A stretch of 25,085 bases of DNA from a virus. Lineage: Duplodnaviria; Caudoviricetes. Below the pieces are notes generated by a model that was not told the origin of the DNA, searched no databases, and saw only the letters and a list, made by a program, of their open reading frames with translations. The translations under genes and the position numbers were made by a program. The stretch lies in IMG/VR virus record IMGVR_UViG_3300037462_000333, positions 1 through 25,085 of that record, one strand, 5' to 3'. This document shows, piece by piece, positions 18,601 through 25,085 of the stretch (the stretch's first letter is position 1; each line of letters starts with the position of its first letter).

Positions 18601-18741
18601 GCCGAGATCGAGCTCGCAGTCCGTTCCCGGCGTCTGGTCGAGGGCAGCTGGGTCACCGACCGCGAGGCGCGGTGGTTTCGGCTGACGGCGCCCTTCGCCG
18701 CCGGATGGGACCGCGGCTGGGGTTTCCTCTGGGGCACCTGA
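15610..18741 (+). CDS. Central tail/tip protein (Phage-tail_3 / gpJ-like) with inserted VWA domain
   Basis: 1043 aa with LCHGPVD, PDLFGGE.REGG, PAYRG, DMNPAHII and PGDVI tail motifs. VWA MIDAS DVSGS...GGT...VTDG at about 16381-16920. Ends GWDRGWGFLWGT. Confidence 0.88.
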   Translation: MGGRKAQTVGYRYSLGVHLALCHGPVDAIREILVDRRTAWSVTTGGGSSGGGGAAVETRIGTVTGMTATAALAGDSGATISFPGTRAGVRIGQDFRLALANGSSQTITLQAVTFDAATNTTRWTVLPEALSFAAQTVWVFESTTGASSAGAGGGRIRIDKPDLFGGESREGGIRGDVDVLMGGPGQGANDYLAARMGGDVPAYRGLCSLVLRQVYLGINPYLKPWAVRVTRVLTGEAGAAQWYPEKAAIVPEANISDAAIYIALDVSGSMSGTRMSAQKAGVAALIREIAAGVDPDRPNDIRIVLWNVAVAGSIERRNMGPADYAALEAWMLGLSNFTNGGTSFNAAFTEANAFFAGSGSKRRIVIFVTDGEPAPVSSVDAALAIIRTLPPADIFGFNIALADTSYTARIDNTPVDGVPVIPPGNPQALVASLRGAFGNGPDMNPAHIIRECLTNRDWGLGYSYVEIGASFTAAADALYAEGFGLSLIWQQDSSIEEFIASVLDHIDATLFIDRRTGLWELKLIRADYVAATLPLFDETNVVDWGRLGRRSPSDLVNSVTVRFTDAWTDDTGAVSVTDTARVQAMGEVLATTLDYPGIRYQGLAVRVAERDLRALSAPLLTGEIVVNREGADLGPGDVIRLRSTRLGLDDVVMRISEIGQGDGRDNGIRLKIAEDVFALGATAIAGGRMPTGTGVAAPPRALARRMVDEAPYWLLVRELGHSEADRRLAEDPDAGALVATGERPSADALAAQLWIDPGTGPTQEGVVAFTPTALLGADVTDSPEARVIPVTGWRDIGEVEIGTLASIGGELVRVDGITPTSITVGRGCLDTVPRAHASGTPVIFFDGVARITEDSWAAGETLAARLLPETGRGTLAFALAPEDAVTLDSRAIRPLPPGRVQGNGSYAPNVDALVIGPLALTWTHRDRLTQTSPVIVDHTGASIGPEPGVGYIIEVRWVDPDSGMAILPAGVVIDAGTAASWTLAPEAIPELGAPDRTAEIELAVRSRRLVEGSWVTDREARWFRLTAPFAAGWDRGWGFLWGT

Positions 18742-18774
18742 TCCCGGAATTCACGACAACAAACGAGGACGAGC

Positions 18775-19452
18775 ATGCCGGAACGGATCATGCCGGGATT
18801 GGGGCTGCGCGCCTTCTACGATCCCGGCCAGCGCAACTGGGGCACCAGCCTCAGCGAAGACCTCCGCCGCCTCTCGGCCCTCGTGCAGGCCCGCGCGACC
18901 TCACGCACCACGCCGCTGCCCACCACCGGAAGCGCGGGCCAGATGCTGATCGTGCCTGCTGCGGCAGGCGCCAATGCCAATGCGCTGGCGCTCTGGGACC
19001 AGTCGCCCGCCGGGGCAGCGGCATGGGTCTATCTGACCCCGCAGGAAGGCTGGCAGGTCTGGGTCGCCGACGAGGCGCGACACGTGCGCTTCACGGCCGG
19101 GGCATGGGTCGAGGTGCCGCGCCCGGGTATCGTGCGCATCCGCACTCTGACCGTCACCAGCCACATGCTGGAAGCCGTCGATCTTGGCAGCATACTCGAG
19201 ACCACGGGATCGTCGGCCGTCACCGTGACGATCCCTGCCGAGAGCGCCGTCCCCTTCGAGACTGGGTCGCTGATCAACGTGACACAGGTCGGCGCCGGGG
19301 TCGCGAGCGTGACAGCGGCGGCAGGGGTATCGCTGAATGGCGTCGTGGGTGGTTCCGTTGCCCTCGACGGCCAATGGTCGGGGGCCGCCCTCGTGAAGCG
19401 CGGGGGCGACGCCTGGATCATCCAGGGCGCGCTGGCAGGAGCCGTCGCATGA
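18775..19452 (+). CDS. DUF2793-like tail fibre/adaptor protein
   Basis: N-terminal LALW....W.YLTPQEGWQVWVADE...RF..G.W typical of DUF2793, plus a C-terminal beta domain (VTIP...F.TG..I.V.Q.G.G). GAGGA RBS. Confidence 0.8.
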   Translation: MPERIMPGLGLRAFYDPGQRNWGTSLSEDLRRLSALVQARATSRTTPLPTTGSAGQMLIVPAAAGANANALALWDQSPAGAAAWVYLTPQEGWQVWVADEARHVRFTAGAWVEVPRPGIVRIRTLTVTSHMLEAVDLGSILETTGSSAVTVTIPAESAVPFETGSLINVTQVGAGVASVTAAAGVSLNGVVGGSVALDGQWSGAALVKRGGDAWIIQGALAGAVA

Positions 19453-20315
19453 GCCTTCTGATGATGCGCGGCGCCATCCTCGCGCAAGGCGGGGATGCTG
19501 CGCCCCCGGTCGACATCGGCGCGGTCTGGCAGCTCGACACCACCCGCCGCCCTCCAGGCTATACCCTATCGGACGATAACCAGACCGTGGTGAACACATC
19601 GGGCGGCACCAACTACATGCGCTGGGTGCCGACCGCCAAGGCGATCCTGCCCACGGACGGGCGGCGCTATTGGGAAGTCCTTTGCGCCCCGGGGGCCACC
19701 ACCTTCGATGGCTACATGGGCGTCGTCGCGGCCGCGCAGCGCGAGGAGTTCAATGTCGGCCTCAACCCCATCACGCTGGGCTCGATCGGCTGGCGTGGCA
19801 CCGGCGCGCTCTGGTCCTCGGCCACCGCAACCGCCGAACAACGCCTGACCGGTCTGCCCACCTTCGGCGCGAATGATGTGCTGATGTTCGTCCTCGATCC
19901 AGCCCTCGGAGGTCTCTGGATCGGCAGGAACGGGATCTGGCGCAACGACCCAGTCAGCACGGCTGCCACCTGGACGGCAGGCGGAAGCCCCGCCTTCTAC
20001 CCGCAGGTCCAGGGGCGCAATCCCGGTGATGGCGGCACGCTCCGTTCGCTGCCCTCCCAGTTCAGCTATCCGGTGCCCCCGGGCGTGATGGCGCTAGGCT
20101 ATCTCGATCCCGATCTGCGCTTCTTCGACGCCGCAGCCTTTCTCGAGATCGGCTGGGGCAGCGGCCTCAGCATCGCGGGTGCGTCCCTCTGGATCAGCCG
20201 GGGCGGCGGGACGCATCTCACCGCCGCCGATACCGCGCTCTTTCTCGAGCACGGTGGGGGTCGTGGAGCCACCTGGACCCAAGCCAACCTCTACATCGAA
20301 GTGGAACTGCCATGA
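19449..20315 (+). CDS. Tail appendage protein with SPRY/B30.2-like domain and four C-terminal 17-aa repeats
   Basis: ATGA overlap start at 19449. SPRY-like motifs LSDDN, GRRYWEV, MGV, DVLMFVLD....LWIGRNG, FYP and F.Y.VP.G. Confidence 0.7.
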   Translation: MSLLMMRGAILAQGGDAAPPVDIGAVWQLDTTRRPPGYTLSDDNQTVVNTSGGTNYMRWVPTAKAILPTDGRRYWEVLCAPGATTFDGYMGVVAAAQREEFNVGLNPITLGSIGWRGTGALWSSATATAEQRLTGLPTFGANDVLMFVLDPALGGLWIGRNGIWRNDPVSTAATWTAGGSPAFYPQVQGRNPGDGGTLRSLPSQFSYPVPPGVMALGYLDPDLRFFDAAAFLEIGWGSGLSIAGASLWISRGGGTHLTAADTALFLEHGGGRGATWTQANLYIEVELP

Positions 20316-21310
20316 GCTACATCCTGCATCTCGGCCACCAGCCGACCGACGTCTCGGGTATTTCCGGGCTTCTGAACACCACCGCCATCGGCTTCGACGC
20401 CAACCTCGACGTCAACGGCATCCGCTTCATCGCCTCGCGCAGCTATGCCATGCCGTTCTCCCTCGGGTTTGCGGCCCCCACTGGCGATCTCTGGCTCGGC
20501 TTCCGCTACGTGCCCCCCAATGGGGACGCGGACCTCATCACCGAGGCCAATGCCAGTTTCATCGAGTTCTTCGACGCGAACCAAGTCCGCGTCGCGCAGA
20601 TCCAGCCGGTGGCCAGCACCGACCGCTACCACGCCGTCGCACGCGGCGACACGACGGTACAGGGCAACTCGAGCTACACCCCGCCGAATGGCCAGCCGCA
20701 ATGGATCGACGTCCGCGTAGCGGTGGGGGCCAGCATCACCATCGACTTCTATGTCGATGGCGTGCTGCAAAGCTCGGCCACGGCCGCCAACACCCAAGGC
20801 AAGGGCAAGCCGGTCCAGATCGTCTTTCCGAATGTCGGGCTGCACGGCACCAGCAGCACCCGCACCTGGTACTATGCGCATTTCGCGGTGCTGGACGGGG
20901 TGTCGACCATCGGGCGGCGCTTCGTGCGGCGTACCCCCAATGCCATCGCGACCTTCAGCCAGATGGCAGGCAGCATCGACGCCCTGAAGGATGAGGATGT
21001 CAGCACCCGTGTGTCGAGCAACGCGGCCGGGCAGAGGTTGTCCTTCTCGCTGACTGGGCCGACCGGGCCTGCGGCCGTTGCGGCCATCGCGGGCGTGCAT
21101 GTGAAGCAGGTCGCGCAGGCGGGGACAGTGGGGCCGCAGGCGGTCGCGGGTTTCCTGCGCATGGGCGGGGTCAATCATGATGCGGCGCCGGTCACCGTGC
21201 CGTCTCTTGCGCCGAGGGGCGTCTATTCCACATGGGCGCTGAACCCCACCGACAGCAGCGCCTGGACCAGCGTGACCCTGCCCGCCGAAGTCGGGATCCT
21301 TTCCGTATGA
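20312..21310 (+). CDS. Putative receptor-binding tail protein (ConA/LamG-like plus jelly-roll domain)
   Basis: 332 aa, beta-rich, W..V.V....DFYVDG motif and C-terminal NPTDSSAWT...EVG. ATGA coupling on both sides. Confidence 0.62.
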   Translation: MSYILHLGHQPTDVSGISGLLNTTAIGFDANLDVNGIRFIASRSYAMPFSLGFAAPTGDLWLGFRYVPPNGDADLITEANASFIEFFDANQVRVAQIQPVASTDRYHAVARGDTTVQGNSSYTPPNGQPQWIDVRVAVGASITIDFYVDGVLQSSATAANTQGKGKPVQIVFPNVGLHGTSSTRTWYYAHFAVLDGVSTIGRRFVRRTPNAIATFSQMAGSIDALKDEDVSTRVSSNAAGQRLSFSLTGPTGPAAVAAIAGVHVKQVAQAGTVGPQAVAGFLRMGGVNHDAAPVTVPSLAPRGVYSTWALNPTDSSAWTSVTLPAEVGILSV

Positions 21311-21597
21311 GCCCGCGCCGTTCCGGAGAAGGCCATGTCCGCATGCCGGATGCCGAGTTCGAGGAGCTCCTCGCGCGGGCAGCCGAAGAGGGGGCGAAGC
21401 GCGCGCTGGCCGATGTCGGACTCGACGGCAAGGAAGCCGCCCTCGACATCCGCGACCTGCGCGCGTTGCTCGATGCCATCCGCTTCGTCCGCCGCACGGC
21501 CGTCCAGAGCGCGGTCCACCTGATCACCACCGGCGTCATCCTGGCACTGCTGGCGGGCATCGCGCTCAAGCTGAAGATCTTCGGCAGCGGGCCCTGA
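21307..21597 (+). CDS. DUF6127-like membrane protein, possible holin
   Basis: 96 aa, AAEEGAKRAL..GL...A..DIRDLR.LL plus one C-terminal hydrophobic helix, directly upstream of the endolysin. Confidence 0.72.
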   Translation: MSPRRSGEGHVRMPDAEFEELLARAAEEGAKRALADVGLDGKEAALDIRDLRALLDAIRFVRRTAVQSAVHLITTGVILALLAGIALKLKIFGSGP

Positions 21598-21639
21598 CGG
21601 GAAAGAATTGCCGATTTCAACATCAACACGACCACCCCG

Positions 21640-21661
21640 ACCCGCCCCTCGGCGGGTTTTT
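21640..21661 (+). terminator. Rho-independent terminator-like hairpin upstream of the endolysin
   Basis: ACCCGCC-CCTC-GGCGGGT, whose final T starts a run of five T (21657-21661). Confidence 0.7.
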
Positions 21662-21679
21662 CCATTTGGAGGATCCCCC

Positions 21680-22354
21680 ATGCCAACCCTGTCCTTTCCG
21701 ACCTGGCGCGACGTTCCCGAGAAGGCTTGGCGCTGGCCCAGCTTCTCGCCCGCCGAGATCGCGTGCCGCGGCACCGGCGCGATCAGGATCAACACCGAGG
21801 CCCTGGACAAGCTGCAGGCCCTGCGTGACCGGCTGGGCAAGCCACTGATCGTGCGCTCCGCCTATCGCAGCCCCGAACACAACCGCGCTGTCGGCGGGGC
21901 TCCGGCCTCGAAGCACATGCAGGGCACCGCCTTCGACATCGCCATGGCGAACCATGATCCTGTTGCCTTTGAGGCAGCAGCGCGCGCGGTCGGCTTCCTC
22001 GGCTTCGGCTACTACCCCCGGTCAGGCTTCATGCATATCGACCTCGGGCCTGCCCGGTCCTGGGGCGAGCCCTTCTCGACGCGTCCCGTCCCCTTCGCCC
22101 CGGAACTGCCACCCGCACGCGAGGTCCTGTCGGAAAGCCGCACCTTGCGCGGTAGCGGGGCTGCAGGGGCAGCCACCATCGGCGCAGCCGGTGTGGAGGT
22201 TTTGCAGGACATCCTCGCGGAAACCCAGTCCACGATCCAGCCGCTGGTGCCTTATCTCGACACGCTGCGATGGGTGCTTATCGCCATCGCGCTGATCGGC
22301 ATTGCCATCACGATCCACGCGCGGATCGACGACTGGAACCGGGGTCAGCGATGA
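21680..22354 (+). CDS. Endolysin, peptidase M15A (Zn D-Ala-D-Ala peptidase-like) with C-terminal membrane segment
   Basis: GGAGG RBS. SAYRSPEHNRAVGGA..SKHM.G.AFD and FMHID zinc-site motifs. C-terminal hydrophobic WVLIAIALIGIAITIHA. Confidence 0.88.
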   Translation: MPTLSFPTWRDVPEKAWRWPSFSPAEIACRGTGAIRINTEALDKLQALRDRLGKPLIVRSAYRSPEHNRAVGGAPASKHMQGTAFDIAMANHDPVAFEAAARAVGFLGFGYYPRSGFMHIDLGPARSWGEPFSTRPVPFAPELPPAREVLSESRTLRGSGAAGAATIGAAGVEVLQDILAETQSTIQPLVPYLDTLRWVLIAIALIGIAITIHARIDDWNRGQR

Positions 22355-22596
22355 TCGACTGGCTGCTCACCCATGGCCCGGTGCGTAAAGCGTTGGGCCT
22401 GATCCTCACCGCCGCAGCTATCCTGCTGTTCCTTCTGGACCTCCGTCGCGCCGGTGAACGCGCCGGGCGCGTCGCCGAACGGCTTGATGTCCAAGAGAGA
22501 AACGATGCCATCCACCGCCAGATGCTCGATGCTGCCGCCCGCCGCCCTCCTGATCGTGACGCTCTGGCTGACCGGCTGCGCGATGGCAGGTTCTGA
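22351..22596 (+). CDS. Inner-membrane spanin (Rz-like)
   Basis: N-terminal TM helix ALGLILTAAAILLFLL followed by a charged coiled-coil. ATGA overlap with the endolysin. Confidence 0.7.
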   Translation: MIDWLLTHGPVRKALGLILTAAAILLFLLDLRRAGERAGRVAERLDVQERNDAIHRQMLDAAARRPPDRDALADRLRDGRF

Positions 22597-22753
22597 TGTG
22601 GGGTCGCCCTGCCCGCCCGTGGTCGATTACACGGCAGCCGATCAGGCGCGGGCCGCCGAAGAAGTCGAGGCGTTGCCAGAAGGGGCCGTCATCGTCCGGA
22701 TGCTTGGCGATTATGCCGTGCTGCGCGATCAGGCGCGGGCGTGCCAATGGTAA
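22505..22753 (+). CDS. Outer-membrane lipoprotein spanin (Rz1-like)
   Basis: Signal peptide with lipobox LTGC, Pro-rich CPP, second Cys near the end. Overlaps the Rz-like gene in another frame. Alternative start at 22529. Confidence 0.7.
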   Translation: MPSTARCSMLPPAALLIVTLWLTGCAMAGSDVGSPCPPVVDYTAADQARAAEEVEALPEGAVIVRMLGDYAVLRDQARACQW

Positions 22754-22802
22754 TTGCTACCCAACGCGTCGAAATCGGTTCGAGATTTGGGCGCTTCCCC
22801 TC

Positions 22803-22832
22803 TTGCGACGAAGATGTGCTCCGGGTCATTCT
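22803..22832 (+). promoter_or_regulatory. Possible sigma70-type promoter for the DUF262 gene
   Basis: TTGCGA-18 bp-CATTCT in the intergenic gap. Weak match. Confidence 0.3.
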
Positions 22833-22865
22833 AGGCGAAGGGTTAAACCGTTCACTGGGCGATTG

Positions 22866-24824
22866 ATGCAGATTTCCTCGATCCTCGATTACATCGACAA
22901 TGGCCACATGGCGCTGCCAGAATTTCAGCGTGGGTATGTTTGGGGACGAGAACAGGTTCGAGGACTTTTCCAGTCGCTGTATCGCGGGCATCCTGTAGGG
23001 AGCCTTCTGGTATGGGCGACGGACGCGTCCACAGCCACGCATCGCGGCGATGGCAAGCTTGCACCAGGTGTCGTCAAGCTCCTTCTGGACGGCCAACAGC
23101 GCATCACCTCGCTCTATGGCGTGATCCGGGGGAAACCACCGCGCTTCTTCGACGGAAACGCAAAGGCGTTCAAGGATTTAAGGTTCAACCTCGCAAGCGA
23201 AGACTTCGAGTTTTATCAGCCGATCAAAATGCGGGACGACCCGCTCTGGATCGACGTGACCGAGGTCATGCAGAAGGGAAATGCGGGCATCGGCGCGTTC
23301 CTGACCACGCTCAGCCAGAACCCAGAAAATCTGCCGAAGATCGGTGAGTATGTCGGCCGTTTGAACCAGCTTCTCGGAATTCGCGACAAGGCGTTCCACA
23401 TCGAGGAGGTCACGGGTGCCGACAAGACGCTCGATGTGGTGGTCGACATCTTCAACAGGGTGAACAGCGGCGGAACCAAGCTTTCGAAGGGCGATCTGGC
23501 GCTCGCCAAGATCTGCGCAGACTGGCCCGAAGCGCGCGACACAATGAAAACCAGTATCGCGCGCTGGCGCTCGGAGGGCTACGACTTCACCCTGGATTGG
23601 CTGCTGCGCTCGGTGAACACGGTCCTGACGGGCGAGGCGAAGTTCCTCTATCTCCACTCGCAGGGGGCTGACGAGATCGCCAGCGCCCTGAAGCGCGCGG
23701 TCAAGCACATCGATACTGCGTTGAACATGATCGGAGGGCGGCTGGGCCTCGACCACGACCGCGTGCTATTCTCCAAATTCGCCGTCCCGGTCATTGTTCG
23801 GTATCTGGACAGCCAAGGCGGGCATCTCGATGCGAAGACCCGCGACAAACTGCTCTTCTGGTTCGTCCAGACCGGGATGTGGGGGCGCTTTTCAGGATCT
23901 GTCGAGAGCTTCATCGACAAGGACCTTGGGATCCTTGAGCAGAGCGGCGGGGATCTGGACAAGCTGATCGGCGAACTGCGATTGGCACAGGGCGGACTGC
24001 GGGTCGAACCTGGTCACTTTCACTCGTGGAGTGTTGGAGCGCGGTTCTATCCGGTGCTGTACATGCTCACCCGCATGACAGAGGCACGGGATTGGGGCAC
24101 GGGCCTGCCGCTGAAGAACAACCTTCTTGGCAAGATGAGCCGTCTCGAGGTCCATCACATCTTCCCACGCGCGCGTCTGTACGAAGCAAATTACGCTCGG
24201 GCCGAAGTGAACGCCCTAGCGAACTTCTGCTTTCTGACGAAGGACACGAACCTCGCGATCTCGGATCGTCGACCTGAGGATTATTTCCCCGAGATCGAGG
24301 CCGCACACCCCGGCGCACTGCGGTCTCAGTGGGTCCCCGATGATCCGGCGCTCTGGCGGATTGAGAACTACCGCGACTTCATGGAAGCACGCAAAGCGTT
24401 GCTGGCCGAAGCCACGAACGCTTGCCTCGCATCCCTGCTGCACGACGACACCTCATGGCTTGATGGTTCTCGGGCAGCCAAGATCACGGATCGGGTGCTT
24501 CTGGGCGGCATTGCGAGCGAAGATGAAGCCAAGGAACTGGAAGCCCTGAATGCTTGGGTGGCGGCTCAAGCGCTTGCGCACGGGCAGATGGCCTATGACT
24601 TCGTCGACCCGGAGACGGGAGAACAGCGTGCGATCTTCGATCTGGTTTGGCCGAGTGGTGTACAGGAAGAACTGACGGAGCCTGTGGCTGTCCTGCTTGG
24701 CGAAAGCGCGGAGCTCATCTCTATGGCCAGCTCTGCCGGGTTCCGGTGCTTCACGTCAACAACGGCGTTCAAGTCCTACGTCGTCAGCCTAAATGCGCCG
24801 AATGCCGGTCTTGCGGCAGAGTAG
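22866..24824 (+). CDS. GmrSD-like DUF262 + HNH (DUF1524-like) protein, putative modification-dependent (type IV) restriction nuclease
   Basis: DUF262 motifs P.FQRGYVW, LLDGQQR and IF.RVNSGG..L. Nuclease motif EVHHIFP...N...N...L....N. Extra C-terminal domain of about 100 aa. 652 aa from ATG 22866. Confidence 0.88.
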   Translation: MQISSILDYIDNGHMALPEFQRGYVWGREQVRGLFQSLYRGHPVGSLLVWATDASTATHRGDGKLAPGVVKLLLDGQQRITSLYGVIRGKPPRFFDGNAKAFKDLRFNLASEDFEFYQPIKMRDDPLWIDVTEVMQKGNAGIGAFLTTLSQNPENLPKIGEYVGRLNQLLGIRDKAFHIEEVTGADKTLDVVVDIFNRVNSGGTKLSKGDLALAKICADWPEARDTMKTSIARWRSEGYDFTLDWLLRSVNTVLTGEAKFLYLHSQGADEIASALKRAVKHIDTALNMIGGRLGLDHDRVLFSKFAVPVIVRYLDSQGGHLDAKTRDKLLFWFVQTGMWGRFSGSVESFIDKDLGILEQSGGDLDKLIGELRLAQGGLRVEPGHFHSWSVGARFYPVLYMLTRMTEARDWGTGLPLKNNLLGKMSRLEVHHIFPRARLYEANYARAEVNALANFCFLTKDTNLAISDRRPEDYFPEIEAAHPGALRSQWVPDDPALWRIENYRDFMEARKALLAEATNACLASLLHDDTSWLDGSRAAKITDRVLLGGIASEDEAKELEALNAWVAAQALAHGQMAYDFVDPETGEQRAIFDLVWPSGVQEELTEPVAVLLGESAELISMASSAGFRCFTSTTAFKSYVVSLNAPNAGLAAE

Positions 24825-24842
24825 CAGCATGCGACAGTACTC

Positions 24843-24893
24843 TGTCAGCACCGCTTTTCAGGGGGACTGGTCGAATGTTGACCAGGTGTTGAC
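24843..24893. repeat. Putative integrase arm-type binding sites (TGYTGAC repeats)
   Basis: TGTTGAC at 24876-82 and 24887-93 (11-bp period), plus an inverted TGCTGACA at 24843-50, about 70-120 bp from the tRNA 3' end. Confidence 0.45.
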
Positions 24894-24910
24894 AAGAATT
24901 TGGAATGACG

Positions 24911-24935
24911 AAAGCCGAGCGTTACGCTCGGCTTT
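24911..24935. terminator. Perfect hairpin, probable bidirectional terminator between the convergent DUF262 and tRNA genes
   Basis: AAAGCCGAGCG-TTA-CGCTCGGCTTT: 11-bp stem whose outer AAA/TTT arms give a short U-run on either strand. Confidence 0.75.
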
Positions 24936-24961
24936 GAAGTTTTTGATAAGTCTGGTATTTT

Positions 24962-25038
<77 letters not shown>

Positions 25039-25085
25039 CCATGTCCCGAGGGCTGAGAATGCGATCGGGGGTAGTTGATATCGTT

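Larger units (their letters stand above)
1..24961 (+). mobile_element. Prophage (siphovirus-like temperate phage), late/structural and lysis region; left part lies outside the window; probably integrated at the 3' end of tRNA-fMet
   Basis: Continuous co-oriented terminase-portal-protease-capsid-tail-lysis gene order ending next to the 3' end of a tRNA gene, with att-like signals at 24843-24960. No integrase in the window. Confidence 0.93.

Noticed and set aside
18672-19448. N-terminal 259 aa of the 547-aa ORF in the track
   Set aside because: Out-of-frame overlap with the DUF2793 gene. The real start is the coupled ATG at 19449.
18775-21310. Diversity-generating retroelement or invertible shufflon acting on the tail fibre genes
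   Set aside because: No reverse transcriptase, invertase, template/variable repeat pair or inverted crossover sites were seen in the window.
1-21310. Gene transfer agent (RcGTA) cluster
   Set aside because: Head genes are lambda-type (GpA terminase, lambda portal, S49, gpE-like) rather than HK97-type, the tape measure is long, and lysis genes and an att site are linked.
22596-22865. 90-aa N-terminal extension of the DUF262 ORF
   Set aside because: It overlaps the spanin gene and intergenic DNA. The DUF262 domain begins at MQISSIL (22866).

Overview
This GC-rich window, probably from an alphaproteobacterium (Rhodobacteraceae-like), is the late half of a long-tailed (siphovirus-type) temperate prophage. 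Its right end abuts the 3' end of an initiator tRNA-Met gene on the minus strand. On the + strand it carries the end of the small terminase, a lambda-type large terminase, gpW, portal, an S49 protease with a probable nested scaffold, head decoration, major capsid, neck genes, tail tube, a tail chaperone pair joined by a -1 frameshift and the tape measure protein. The tail tip follows: a duplicated Dit-like protein, a BR0599/DUF2163 hub, two small proteins and a large central tail protein with an inserted VWA domain. Next come a three-gene receptor-binding module (DUF2793 fibre, a SPRY-like protein ending in four 17-aa repeats, and a ConA/jelly-roll protein) and a lysis cassette (DUF6127, M15 endolysin, overlapping spanins). 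Two accessory genes stand out as candidate anti-phage defence cargo: a lower-GC antisense gene inserted in the neck operon (7644-8450) and a GmrSD-like DUF262/HNH gene between the lysis genes and the attachment site. All family assignments come from motif recognition by eye, not from database searches.
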